The notes: generated by a model from the sequence alone, not told the origin. 64,000 nt of DNA from Azonexus sp. (GCA_041909105.1 JAYREE010000005.1:17885-81884), one strand, 5' to 3'; shown: positions 53,161 through 63,432, counted from the first letter of the stretch. Made by a program: numbers and translations.

Positions 53161-55192
53161 GATCGCTCTCCTCGCGCTGACGCACAATATTAAGAAATTG
53201 CGCGGCTTGTGGCTCCGGTTTGGTCAGCAGGCTGACCACGACGATGGTGACGAAACCGGCCACCACCCCGAACACCCCGGCTGCCGTTGATTGGACATGG
53301 AACCAGGGCTCCATGTGCAGGCCACTGACACCGAGCCAGGGAATACTGTCGAACTCGACCCGCAGGAGGTAATACAAGGTGGTCAACAGACCGACCAGCA
53401 TGCCGGCCAATGCGCCGCTGCGTGTCGCCCGTTCCCAGAATATGCCAAGCACCAACGCCGGAAAAAATGCAGAACCAGCGATCGAAAAAGCCCAAGCCAC
53501 CATCGACAGAATGGTTCCCGGTTTTTGTGCGGCGACCGTCGCCGCCATGATGGCGACGACCAACAGCATAGACTTCGAAATGACAAGTCGGAACTGTGTT
53601 GAAGCTTCCGGCCGAAAGATGCGGTAATAAACGTCATGCGACAGCGCGCTGGTGATGGTCAGCAATAAGCCATCGGCGGTCGACAAGGCCGCCGCCAAAC
53701 CGCCAGCTGCAACCAACCCCGAAACCACGTAGGGCATGCCGGCGATTTCCGGCGTCGCCAGCACGATCACGTCAGGATTGAGAGATAGTTCAGCTAATTG
53801 CAGAATACCGTCGGCGTTGATGTCCTCGATACTGACTAGCCCGACCTTAGCCCAGGCCGCTACCCAGCCCGGTAATTTAGCAATCGGGATTTCAGCCAAG
53901 TGAGAAAGAACCTCGAACTTGGCGAATACGGCATAGGCCGGTGCCGTGATGTAGAGAAGCAAAATAAACAACAACGACCAGAATACAGACTCGCGCGCTT
54001 CGCGCACCGTCGGCGTCGTGTAGTAACGAATCAATACATGCGGCAATGCGGCGGTTCCAATGGTCAGGCAGAATACCAGTGCCAGGAAATTGATACGCTG
54101 CACCGATTCCGCCTGACTATCTTCACCGGGGAAGGCATCGGCATGGTGGATCGGCTCTCGGCTGCGCTCGACGGCAGCGAACATCGCCGACTCCCATCGC
54201 GCCTTAGCCTGCTCTGGGTCGTGTGGTAACTCGCGGCGCTGCCGCTCCAAAGCGACAATATCGCGCATCTGCGCATCACCAGCCTTCAGTTGATTGATCT
54301 GGGTCTCCAGATGCTCGCGCTCATGCGTCAACGACTGTGGCAACTGCATGATTTTCTGCGCGTACTGGTTGGCCCGCTCGGTATACAACTGCCTCACATC
54401 GATTTCTGCGCGATTGTTGAATACCCGGTTTTCAAGGGCCGTCACTTGCTGCAGGACGTCACCATAAACGAGTTGCGGCACCGGGTTACCGGTGACGTTA
54501 TAAGACAGAATGGCAACGGGTGTAATGTAGGCGACAATCAAAATCAGATACTGTGCAACCTGCGTCCAGGTCACCGCCCGCATACCGCCGAGGAATGAGC
54601 AGACGAGGATTCCTGCCAGACCGACAAACACACCGATTTCGAACTGCAGACTAACGAAGCGGCTAGTAATGACACCGACGCCATATATCTGTGCCACAAC
54701 GTAGACGAAGGAAGCCAGGATGGCCGCTCCGACCGCAACGATGCGGATCGGCGTACCTCCGTAGCGAGCACCGAGAAAATCAGGAATGGTGTATTGGCCA
54801 AACCGTCTCAGATACGGGGCTAGAAGCAAGGCTACCAACACAAAACCGCCGGTCCAGCCGATCACATAGGCAAGCCCCTGAAAACCCGAGAGGTACAAGG
54901 TTCCCGCCAGCCCCATGAACGAGGCGGCACTCATCCAATCGGCACCGGTCGCCATGCCGTTGAAGAAGGCCGGTACGCGCCGCCCGGCGACGTAATATTC
55001 CGACACGTCGGAAGTTCGACTGACGATGCCGATCACTGCATACATCGAAATGGTGAAAAACAGGAAAGCATAGCCAATCCAGCGCGGCGGCATGCCGTGT
55101 TTTTCTAGGATGGCCAAGCTGGCGATGAACAGGAAGAAACAACCCGTGTAATACAGGTAGTAGCGTTGCAGCCTGGTCAAGCGCTGAAGCAT
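53147..55192 (-). CDS. Sodium:solute symporter, ActP-like (VC_2705 subfamily; probable acetate/monocarboxylate permease)
   Basis: YYVAGRRVPAFFNGMATGADWMSAASF, GWTGG, LRRFGQYTIPDF, GGMRAVTWTQVAQY, GTAALPH..RYYT, AALSTADGLLL. Confidence 0.92.
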   Translation of the reverse strand: MLQRLTRLQRYYLYYTGCFFLFIASLAILEKHGMPPRWIGYAFLFFTISMYAVIGIVSRTSDVSEYYVAGRRVPAFFNGMATGADWMSAASFMGLAGTLYLSGFQGLAYVIGWTGGFVLVALLLAPYLRRFGQYTIPDFLGARYGGTPIRIVAVGAAILASFVYVVAQIYGVGVITSRFVSLQFEIGVFVGLAGILVCSFLGGMRAVTWTQVAQYLILIVAYITPVAILSYNVTGNPVPQLVYGDVLQQVTALENRVFNNRAEIDVRQLYTERANQYAQKIMQLPQSLTHEREHLETQINQLKAGDAQMRDIVALERQRRELPHDPEQAKARWESAMFAAVERSREPIHHADAFPGEDSQAESVQRINFLALVFCLTIGTAALPHVLIRYYTTPTVREARESVFWSLLFILLLYITAPAYAVFAKFEVLSHLAEIPIAKLPGWVAAWAKVGLVSIEDINADGILQLAELSLNPDVIVLATPEIAGMPYVVSGLVAAGGLAAALSTADGLLLTITSALSHDVYYRIFRPEASTQFRLVISKSMLLVVAIMAATVAAQKPGTILSMVAWAFSIAGSAFFPALVLGIFWERATRSGALAGMLVGLLTTLYYLLRVEFDSIPWLGVSGLHMEPWFHVQSTAAGVFGVVAGFVTIVVVSLLTKPEPQAAQFLNIVRQREESDHGTP

Positions 55193-55200
55193 GTGGGCGA

Positions 55201-55866
55201 TCAGTGGGTACGACGCAGGAAACGGCTGGCCCGCGACTCTTCGACCAAGCGTTCGGCCGTGTCGATCTGCTTGCTAACCACGCGCACCAATAGCATTTGG
55301 AAAATGCGGGCGAGCAGCAGGTTGTTGTCCATCGCATCGCGCCTGCCCTGCCCGGCATTCAACCCGAACAGTTCAATCCAGTGATCGAGCGGCATCACGG
55401 TATGGCACTTCTCGTCGAACATGGCCGGCAACAGCCAGGCCAGATCGACCCACTGTGCCTCGAACTCAATGCCGAAGCGCTCACGATAAATCTGCTTCAG
55501 ATAGGCGCCGACGTAGGGCACGTGGTAAGTCACCAGGGGCGCCTTGGCGGCGTATTGCAAAAATGCCATCAAACGCCTGTCCACCGCAGCAGCATCTTCT
55601 TCCTTGGCCTCCAAATCGGCGTAAAAGGTATCACCGGGCACGATCATCGAGTGCCGCACGCTGCTCGCCGCCAAGGCCTTCAGCTGGTCACCAGCTCCGC
55701 CCGGCCCGCCGGTGGCGACATCGACCACGACGTAACGCACGTGATAGTGCAAATCGTCGAGCCCAGGCGCGGACACGATCTGCCATTGCTCCAGAGCTTG
55801 CTGCACCTCTTGCGGCAATTCGCTGGCAGCCCCGCCGCCGAACAGGATTTTCTTCAGGTTGAGCAT
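55201..55866 (-). CDS. DEDDh 3'-5' exonuclease-like protein with degenerate active site
   Basis: YVVVDVATGG (DxE to DVA), YHVPYV (cf. HNAxFD), RRDAMDN (cf. RHxALxD); fold context matches the epsilon-like proteins found next to DUF294 genes. Confidence 0.7.
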   Translation of the reverse strand: MLNLKKILFGGGAASELPQEVQQALEQWQIVSAPGLDDLHYHVRYVVVDVATGGPGGAGDQLKALAASSVRHSMIVPGDTFYADLEAKEEDAAAVDRRLMAFLQYAAKAPLVTYHVPYVGAYLKQIYRERFGIEFEAQWVDLAWLLPAMFDEKCHTVMPLDHWIELFGLNAGQGRRDAMDNNLLLARIFQMLLVRVVSKQIDTAERLVEESRASRFLRRTH

Positions 55867-55867
55867 G

Positions 55868-57841
55868 TCAGTTCACCTGATAGTCCAGTTTCAGACGGGT
55901 CTGTATCTTGCGCGCCTGACGGAAAGACTCCTTCAGGATGCGCCGATCGAGTTCGTTGAGCTTATCCGGATCGATCAGGTTGTCGCCCTGGACGCCCGGC
56001 TCGCCCTCCAGGTATTGGTGCTGCAGACGCAGCAGTTGAATGAAATTGAGCGCTTCGAGCACGGCATTGATCTCATCCGCACGGATCGACAAACGCTGCG
56101 ATGCCAGGCGCAGGCGCTGGATCGAGTTGGTGTTGTGCACGCCCGAAGCCAGCGCGTAGATCCGTGCAACATCGACAAAGATGCGCGAACCGTATTTCTT
56201 CAGGTCGATCTTGCCCGGATGATCGGGTTCGAGATCGGTCAGGAAATCGCGAATCTTGCCGAGCGGCGGTTCGACGTCGAGGGCGTTGTGGGCCATGGAT
56301 CGGAGAAAAGCGGGATTTGACGTTGTCAGCTTCAACAAATGGCGACGCATTGATTCCGCTAATTCTGTCTTGCCGTATAGAGGACGAAAATCAAAAAAGA
56401 TGGTTGCATTAAGCAATGCATCAGGCTGTGGCACCCGAACCCAGTTGGCAAAGCGCTCTTTCCATTCGTCGACGGTTAGACACCACTGCGGATTACTCGC
56501 CATGATATTGCCCTTGCACAATGGGAAACCGCAGCGGTCGAGATCACGGTTGGTGTCAAGCGCAAAGGCCAGGAAACGCTGGCGCAACGATTCTTGCGCG
56601 GCCGGATCGGGGCAAGCGAAGACGATGCCGTTATCCTGATCAGTGCTGAAGGTCTGCTCGTCGCGCCCTTCGGAGCCGAACGCCAGCCAGGCCCATTCGA
56701 TGCCGTGGAAATTGTGGTTATCGAGGTTGAGCTGGATAACCCGTCGAGTCAGCGCATCGTTCAAGGCTGAAATGAATTGGGTCAATTGCTCCGCACCAAT
56801 GCCCTGGGCCAGCATGTTGAAAGCCAGTTGGCGCACATCGCCGGCTGCCTGCTGCAGTGCTTCGACATTGGGCGCCCCTTCGATGGATTGGCGAATCTGG
56901 CGCAGGCCGACGCGCTGCAGCGAGAACAGATCGCGCTCGGAAATGACACCTGTCAGCTTGCCTTCGGCATCCGTCACCAAGACATGGCGGATACCGTGCG
57001 TGGCCATGGCCAGCATGGCGTCGTAGGCCGTAGCGTGCTCTTCGAGCATGAAGGGATTGGGCGACATGGCTTGGCTGATCGGCACGTCGTGCGAAAGGTC
57101 GGCGAGCACGACGCGATCGAGCAGGTCGGAACGGGTGAATACGCCGACCGGCTTCCGGTCCTCGCCGGCAATGACCAGCGAGCCGATACCCGCCTTGGAC
57201 ATGGTTTCCAGCGCCGTGCGCAAACGGGTTTCCGGTGCCACGGCAATCGGATTGCGCGCCCCGATGCCGACCAGCGGCGAATTGAGCGTCTGCTGCTCGC
57301 TGGCGCGCTGGGCGAATTGCAGTTGCAACTGGCGGCGCGACTGGTCGAGCAGGCTGGCGATGTACTGGGTGCAGAACAGGTTGAACTCAACGCTCGTCGC
57401 CATCAACTGCATGAAGTCTTCGGCCGGCAGCTGATAGCAGAAAGTGTCTTCGACTGCCGTATAGTCGTTGGTCGACGGGCGCCCTGCCGTCACCGCACCG
57501 ATTGGAAAGGCCTCGCCGGCCCCCAGGCTGAGGATTGAGTATTCGGTGACCGCCACCTCACCGGCTTGGCGCGCCTGCACCTTGCCGGATTCGATCAGGT
57601 AGAAGTAACGCACGTTGCCGGAGTCGGAGCCAACAATCCCGCTGCCCGCCGAATAGAAGGCGATTTGAGCGCGCTCGGCAAAGAATTGCAGCGCCTCCGG
57701 CTTCATCTTGTTGAACGGCGCGTGATTCTTCAGAAAAGCGAGCGTATTGCTGGCCAGGCGACGCAGCCCCTCGGTGCGGAGTGCCAACTCGACTTGCCCG
57801 AGATCGGGGCTTTTTTGTTCTGCTAGCTGCTGCGTACTCAC
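55868..57841 (-). CDS. cNMP-binding / CBS-pair / DUF294 nucleotidyltransferase-like protein
   Basis: cNMP domain (HAPF, GEAFP, AVEDTFCY), two CBS repeats, WLAFGSEGRDEQTFSTDQDNGI, GFPLCKGNIMASNP, FFDFRPLYG, IDLKKYG. Confidence 0.92.
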   Translation of the reverse strand: MSTQQLAEQKSPDLGQVELALRTEGLRRLASNTLAFLKNHAPFNKMKPEALQFFAERAQIAFYSAGSGIVGSDSGNVRYFYLIESGKVQARQAGEVAVTEYSILSLGAGEAFPIGAVTAGRPSTNDYTAVEDTFCYQLPAEDFMQLMATSVEFNLFCTQYIASLLDQSRRQLQLQFAQRASEQQTLNSPLVGIGARNPIAVAPETRLRTALETMSKAGIGSLVIAGEDRKPVGVFTRSDLLDRVVLADLSHDVPISQAMSPNPFMLEEHATAYDAMLAMATHGIRHVLVTDAEGKLTGVISERDLFSLQRVGLRQIRQSIEGAPNVEALQQAAGDVRQLAFNMLAQGIGAEQLTQFISALNDALTRRVIQLNLDNHNFHGIEWAWLAFGSEGRDEQTFSTDQDNGIVFACPDPAAQESLRQRFLAFALDTNRDLDRCGFPLCKGNIMASNPQWCLTVDEWKERFANWVRVPQPDALLNATIFFDFRPLYGKTELAESMRRHLLKLTTSNPAFLRSMAHNALDVEPPLGKIRDFLTDLEPDHPGKIDLKKYGSRIFVDVARIYALASGVHNTNSIQRLRLASQRLSIRADEINAVLEALNFIQLLRLQHQYLEGEPGVQGDNLIDPDKLNELDRRILKESFRQARKIQTRLKLDYQVN

Positions 57842-57912
57842 GACGACCTCTTCTTGATGTTTGAATATTTTAAATCACCGGAAAGCGGCTCCCTGCACTC
57901 TTCCGACCCAAA

Positions 57913-60069
57913 TCAGTATTTCACCCGGGCGAAATAGGTCTTCTCCGAGGCCTCCAGTGCCTGACGCACCGTAACAATACCCTTCGCCTCAAGTATGGGC
58001 ACGAGTTTCAGAAAAACCTCGCCGGTTGCCAAGGCATCTTCCAATGCGTTGTGTCGCGTTTCGATCGTTACCCCCAGACGCTCAAGAATATCGTCCAGCT
58101 TATGTGATTCCTGATTCGGATGGACAACGGCCGACAGTAGCAGCGTATCGAGCACCGGCTGGGTGAAGCGGATGCCGGTCTGCGCTTCCTTCAATTGCAG
58201 GAAGCGCATATCGAACGCCGCGTTGTGGGCGATCAGCACCGTGTCTTCGCAGAAAGCGTGGAAGGCCGGGAGAACGATGCCGATATTCGGCTGGCCACGC
58301 ACCATGTCGTCGGTTATGCCGTGGATCGGGATACCTTCCGGTTTCAACGGCATCTCCGGATCGACCAGCTGGTCGAAGGTTTCGCGGCGAAGTAGACGGT
58401 TGTTGACGATGCGCGCGGCACCGATCTGGATGATTTCATCACCCTTGGATGGCTCCAGTCCGGTCGTTTCGGTATCGAACACGGTGTAGGTCAGATCAGC
58501 CAGCTTGCGGTCGAGGTCGATCGACTGGTCTTCGAACTTGAACAGATCAAAGTCGTAGTATTCCGGACGCCCGGTAACGTGGCGCTCCTCGACCAGCAAC
58601 TCGGCTTCCGGCGTGGCCACGGGCAGCACGAAGCGAAAATAGGCACGATGCACCGCCTTTTCGCGCTGGTACCAGATTTCGCCACCGTGGCGGTCAATCA
58701 CATCGCGCAAGCTGAGCGGCGTCGAATCGCTGCCGATCTGCATCGATTCCATTTCCCAAGTGTAGAAAGTTTCCGACGACATGGCCGGACCGGCCCAGAT
58801 CAGATCAAGATAAGCCAACTTGCCTTGGCTACTCAGGCGGAAGCGCAACTCGCGCGGCTCATAGTGCTCCTGCAATCGGGAAGCGAGGAAAGCCAGGGCA
58901 AAGACCAACGAGAAACTATCGGCCTTGATCCAAAGGTTCTCATCGACTTCCTCTGTCTTCGTCGGCAGTCTCAGGCGCTCGTCGATACGCCGTTGCGCAG
59001 CAACAATGATGTCAATGCCGAGCATGTCATCAAGTGGCCAACGCGTCTTCAGCGAATCTGAGAAGCGGCTCATCGTCTGGTCGATCGCCTGAGTACGCTT
59101 GGCAACCTCGTCGTCGATAATGCGCAGAAAGCGTTCGCGCATTTCGGCTTCCATATCCGGATAGTCGAGTAGGTTACCCACCGCGGCACGGATATTGCCA
59201 ATGGCCGAACGGCTACCCTGGCTCAAGATGTGCAATGCCTGATCGCGTTTTTCTTCTTCCTCGATGCTGCGCGTGATGTTGTCGATGGTCAGCACGTAGC
59301 CGGTCATCGCGCGCTCGTTTCCCTCCCCTGCACTCAGCACGGGGACCATCTGTACGCGCAACAATTGCCCACCGCGCGTTGTCGTCGTAAAGCTGGCATG
59401 TGGCGCTTTGCCAGCGGCAAGACGCAGACGGATAACATCGCACGAATGCTCGACCTGACTCTTCTCCAGGATGGAGAAGATGGAGCGACCGAGACCGATC
59501 AGGGCACCACCGGCGACCGAGGTCGGTCCCTGTGCCAGCGCCTTGAATTGCAAGCGGGCACGATTGTTGTAAAGGAGGATTCGTCCATCGAGATTGCAGA
59601 CGACGACGGCCAGCGCCAACTCGGACATCAGTGCCGCCAGCCGGTTCTTTTCCTCCTCTACCGAGGCATTGGCATTGGCAATCTGCGCTTCCACGTCCTG
59701 CATCAGGGCATCGCGCTGTTCAGCCAAATCGTTCGCAGCCTCAGCCAGTTGGCGTACTTCCGGCGGGCCGTCCGGAGTAACGCGGAAATTACGGTTGGCA
59801 CCGAGCATCAGGCGCAGCGTTTCGCCCATGCGCAACAGGCCTTCGACGTAATTTTTGAATAGCCGGTGCAAAACCAGCACGCCAATGACGAAACCAAAGA
59901 GGGTCATCATCGTACCCACCGGCAGGCGCGACATCAGAAGCTCGGTCAGCAGCTGACGCTCAGCTTCCTTCATATCCATCCAGACGAGCAGCGAAGTCAC
60001 AACAAAGGGCCCGGTCATCAGCAGACCAAGCACAACAATGGCAAGGAAGAAACGATGTTTAGCCTTCAT
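57913..60069 (-). CDS. Membrane-anchored PAS / pseudo-histidine-kinase / DEDDh exonuclease fusion
   Basis: Two TM helices, coiled coil, PAS (VVVCNLDGRILLYN), HisKA-like segment lacking His (SQGSRSAIGNI), intact VFDTETTG, HNAAFD, RHNALEDA. Confidence 0.88.
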   Translation of the reverse strand: MKAKHRFFLAIVVLGLLMTGPFVVTSLLVWMDMKEAERQLLTELLMSRLPVGTMMTLFGFVIGVLVLHRLFKNYVEGLLRMGETLRLMLGANRNFRVTPDGPPEVRQLAEAANDLAEQRDALMQDVEAQIANANASVEEEKNRLAALMSELALAVVVCNLDGRILLYNNRARLQFKALAQGPTSVAGGALIGLGRSIFSILEKSQVEHSCDVIRLRLAAGKAPHASFTTTTRGGQLLRVQMVPVLSAGEGNERAMTGYVLTIDNITRSIEEEEKRDQALHILSQGSRSAIGNIRAAVGNLLDYPDMEAEMRERFLRIIDDEVAKRTQAIDQTMSRFSDSLKTRWPLDDMLGIDIIVAAQRRIDERLRLPTKTEEVDENLWIKADSFSLVFALAFLASRLQEHYEPRELRFRLSSQGKLAYLDLIWAGPAMSSETFYTWEMESMQIGSDSTPLSLRDVIDRHGGEIWYQREKAVHRAYFRFVLPVATPEAELLVEERHVTGRPEYYDFDLFKFEDQSIDLDRKLADLTYTVFDTETTGLEPSKGDEIIQIGAARIVNNRLLRRETFDQLVDPEMPLKPEGIPIHGITDDMVRGQPNIGIVLPAFHAFCEDTVLIAHNAAFDMRFLQLKEAQTGIRFTQPVLDTLLLSAVVHPNQESHKLDDILERLGVTIETRHNALEDALATGEVFLKLVPILEAKGIVTVRQALEASEKTYFARVKY

Positions 60070-60137
60070 GGCTGACTATCCGCGAATATCTGTTTTGATT
60101 TTTGCCCAAAAATGACCGTGCACCGCAGCAGTGGCCC

Positions 60138-60509
60138 TCAGGCCCCTTCCAGCAGGGTCTTCACGTGCGCCACCAGTTCCTTGGTCGCGAATGGCTTGGT
60201 GACATAGGCGTTGGCGCCAATGGCCAGGCCTTTGGCAACCTCGGTATCGCGCCCCTTGGCCGTCAGCATGACGATTTTGAGCTCGGACTTGTCCGGATCG
60301 GCGCGCAGGGCCTCGCACACTTCGAAACCGGATTTCTTCGGCATCATCACGTCGAGCAGCACGAGGTCCGGCGCAAAGCTGGCCACCTTGGCCAAGGCTT
60401 CCTCGCCGTCGCCGGCGACGGCCACCTCGAAGCCCTCCTTGCGCATCAGGAATTCCAGCGAAATGACGATGTTCGGTTCATCGTCGACGATCAGAATCTT
60501 CTTTCCCAT
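60138..60509 (-). CDS. Single-domain response regulator receiver
   Basis: IVDDEPNI, LLDVMMP, MLTAKG, YVTKPF; no output domain. Confidence 0.95.
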   Translation of the reverse strand: MGKKILIVDDEPNIVISLEFLMRKEGFEVAVAGDGEEALAKVASFAPDLVLLDVMMPKKSGFEVCEALRADPDKSELKIVMLTAKGRDTEVAKGLAIGANAYVTKPFATKELVAHVKTLLEGA

Positions 60510-60526
60510 CGTTTGTCTCCCTCTTG

Positions 60527-63238
60527 TTATTCCTCCGACACCGCGAGCGGTATCGTGAAAATGAATGTCGCGCCTGCTCCGGGCTGACTTTCAACCCAGA
60601 GCTTACCACCGAAGTATTCGACAATTTGTCGGCTGATCGGCAAGCCCAGGCCGGTGCCCTGCGGCTTGTCGGTCAGCGTGTTGCCGCCCTGGCGGAACTT
60701 CTCGAAGACGACGGTGCACTCCTCGGCCGTCAGCCCCGGACCATTGTCGGCAACCTCGACCATAATTCCCTTATCATCGGCCGCAACCCTGACTCCGACC
60801 TTACCGCTAGCGGCCGGCACGAATTTCACCGCGTTCGACAGCAGGTTGATGACCACCTGAGTCAGGCGGTCGCGATCCGCCTGCACCGGTGGCAACGGCT
60901 CGGCGATCTGGCAGACGAGTTCGACCGCCTTGTCGCGATATAGCTGGCCAAGCGATTCCGCGGCCTCCAGCACCACCTCGCCGACATCGACCGAAGTCGT
61001 CGTCCACTCGGCCCGCCCCGATTCCAGCTTGGCCAGATCGAGAATCTGGTTGATCAGGCGAGTCAACCGCTCGGTCTCGCCGACGATGATGCCGAGAAAG
61101 CGCGTGCGGTCGGCCAGGTCGATCTTCGGATCGTCATGCAGCATTTCCGAAAAAGCGCGGATCGAAGTCAGCGGCGTACGCAATTCGTGGGTGACGGTCG
61201 AAATGAAATCGTCCTTCATGCGGTCGAGTTCGCGCAGGCGTTCGTTGGCTGCCCGCAACTCGGCTGAAGCTGCTTCAAGCGCCTCCTGCTTGGCCTCCAG
61301 CTCTCGGCTGTAGGCGCGCACCTGCGTCGCCTCATCGAGAATGCCCAGCACCTCGTCCAGCCCAAGCTCCTCCTCCTTGGCCACCGACGCCACCATGATG
61401 CGGGCACTGGCCGAACCGATGGCCGCGGCCAGTTCGCTCTCGGCAAACTGCACGAAAGCGGCGTCGGCCGGCAAGGCCTTCCAGTCCGGCTTGCCGCGCA
61501 GGCGGGCATAAGTCGCCAATTGCTGCTGCGCCCGCCCGACACCGAGAAAACGTTCGAGCAAACCGACCAAGGCTTCAAGCGAAGCACTGCCGCGCCACAG
61601 CCGCGCATTGGTATCGCGCCCGGCATGCCGCCCGACATCGACAAAGCACTCGGCCTGGCTGGCCTCCACCGCATCCGGCACGGTCAGCAGAGAAACGGCG
61701 ACATAGGCACCAAGATTGGCCAGCATGCTCCACCACAGGCAGTGCGTGATCTCGTCGAGCCCGCCCAGGCCGAACAGCGCCTGCGCTTTGAGCCAAGCCA
61801 GCCCGAACAGGCCGTGCACGACGAAATCGTTGCCGATCCAGCCCGACTTGGCGAATGACGGCAGCAGCAAGGTGTACAGCCACACGGCGAAACCGGCCAG
61901 CAAACCGGCGATTGCCCCCTGTTTCGTCCCCTGCTTCCAGTACATGCCGCCGAACATGGCCGGGGCGAACTGGGCCACCGCCGCGAAGGAAATCAGGCCG
62001 ATGCCGACCAGCGCGTAGGCTTCGCCGGCCAGGCGGAAATAAACGTAGCCCAGCAGCAGGATCAAGGCGATGGCCAGGCGCCGGATCAGGAGCAGCAGCT
62101 TCGACAAATCCCGCCGTTTTTCGCCTTGCAGCATTGTCCACCGCAGCAGCACCGGCATGACCAGGTCGTTGCAGACCATGGTCGACAAGGCAATGGTTTC
62201 GACGATGACCATACCGGTCGCCGCCGACAGCCCACCGATGAAAACAAGGAGGGCCAGGCCACTGGCACCGTTGGCCAACGGCAGGGTCAACACGAAGGTA
62301 TCGGGGTTGATCGCGCTGCCGAAATGCATTGCCCCGCCCAGCGCCACCGGCAACACGAAAATATTGATCAACAGCAGGTAGAGCGGGAACAGCCAGACCG
62401 CACGCCGATAGTGCCCTTCGTCGACGTTCTCGACGACGACGACCTGGAACTGCCGGGGCAGGAAAAGAATGGCCAGACCGGAAAGCAGGATCAGGCTGCT
62501 CCAATTACCCGCCCGCGCCGCATCGACCTGGAGCAAACGGGCCAGTTCCGGGCTTTGTGTCGCCTGGGCGAACACATCGCGCAGGCCGCCGTACATGCCG
62601 TAAGCGACGAACAAGCCGACGGCCAGAAAGGCCAGCAGTTTGACGATGGATTCGAAAGCAATAGCCGCCACCATGCCTTCATGGCGCTCGGTCGCATCGA
62701 GGTGCCGCGTCCCGAACAGGATGGTGAACAGCGCCAGCAGGCAGGCAATGAACAGCGTCGAATCCATCCACCATGGCTTGCCCGCCCCGCCCGCCTCGCC
62801 GAGCAAAACATCGACGCTCGCGGCCACCGCCTTCAATTGCAGCGCGATGTAAGGAACGATACCGACCACGGCGATCACCGTCACCAAGCCGGCCAGCAAC
62901 TGGCTCTTGCCGTATCGCGAAGCGATGAAATCGGCTATCGAGGTGACGCGGTAGGCCTTGCTGATGCGGATCATCTTCAGGACCACGCCGGCGCACAGCA
63001 ACATCAGCGTCGGCCCGAGATAAATGGTGAGGAAAGACAGGCCGCCGGAAGTCGCCCGGCCGACGCTGCCGTAGAAGGTCCACGACGTGCAATAGACGGC
63101 CAGCGACAAGGCATAGACGTTGGCCGAAATGATCGAGCGCCCGGCATCGGCACGCGCATCGCCGAAGCGCGCAATGGCAAAGAGCAGCCCGAGGTAGCCC
63201 AAGGCAAGCAAGGCGACGAGCCAAGTCGGGAAACTCAT
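60527..63238 (-). CDS. SLC5 (sodium:solute symporter)-fused sensor histidine kinase, CrbS/MxtR-like, with no C-terminal receiver
   Basis: YALSLAVYCTSWTFYGSVG, SIADFIASRYG, PYIALQLKA, LPRQFQV, ASARIMV (STAC-like region), THELRTPL, NLLSNAVKF, GTGLGL. Confidence 0.93.
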   Translation of the reverse strand: MSFPTWLVALLALGYLGLLFAIARFGDARADAGRSIISANVYALSLAVYCTSWTFYGSVGRATSGGLSFLTIYLGPTLMLLCAGVVLKMIRISKAYRVTSIADFIASRYGKSQLLAGLVTVIAVVGIVPYIALQLKAVAASVDVLLGEAGGAGKPWWMDSTLFIACLLALFTILFGTRHLDATERHEGMVAAIAFESIVKLLAFLAVGLFVAYGMYGGLRDVFAQATQSPELARLLQVDAARAGNWSSLILLSGLAILFLPRQFQVVVVENVDEGHYRRAVWLFPLYLLLINIFVLPVALGGAMHFGSAINPDTFVLTLPLANGASGLALLVFIGGLSAATGMVIVETIALSTMVCNDLVMPVLLRWTMLQGEKRRDLSKLLLLIRRLAIALILLLGYVYFRLAGEAYALVGIGLISFAAVAQFAPAMFGGMYWKQGTKQGAIAGLLAGFAVWLYTLLLPSFAKSGWIGNDFVVHGLFGLAWLKAQALFGLGGLDEITHCLWWSMLANLGAYVAVSLLTVPDAVEASQAECFVDVGRHAGRDTNARLWRGSASLEALVGLLERFLGVGRAQQQLATYARLRGKPDWKALPADAAFVQFAESELAAAIGSASARIMVASVAKEEELGLDEVLGILDEATQVRAYSRELEAKQEALEAASAELRAANERLRELDRMKDDFISTVTHELRTPLTSIRAFSEMLHDDPKIDLADRTRFLGIIVGETERLTRLINQILDLAKLESGRAEWTTTSVDVGEVVLEAAESLGQLYRDKAVELVCQIAEPLPPVQADRDRLTQVVINLLSNAVKFVPAASGKVGVRVAADDKGIMVEVADNGPGLTAEECTVVFEKFRQGGNTLTDKPQGTGLGLPISRQIVEYFGGKLWVESQPGAGATFIFTIPLAVSEE

Positions 63239-63432
63239 GACCTACCCCACCGCTCGGCTACCCAGGCGGCCAAGCCAATCAAACCCGCCCATACGACGAA
63301 GAGATAGAAGATGCTACCCGGAAGCTCCCACAGCCAGCCGACCGACAAGCCAAGCAAGGGAAAGGTCAGCAACAGACCGCCCAATGCAGCGAGCGCCGTC
63401 AGTCGCTGACGCATGCGGATCAGCGCTTTCAT
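63235..63432 (-). CDS. Small two-TM membrane protein coupled to the SLC5 kinase (CrbX-like position)
   Basis: LTFPLL...GSIFYLFVVWAGLIGLAAW; its stop overlaps the kinase start (ATGA). Confidence 0.75.
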   Translation of the reverse strand: MKALIRMRQRLTALAALGGLLLTFPLLGLSVGWLWELPGSIFYLFVVWAGLIGLAAWVAERWGRS

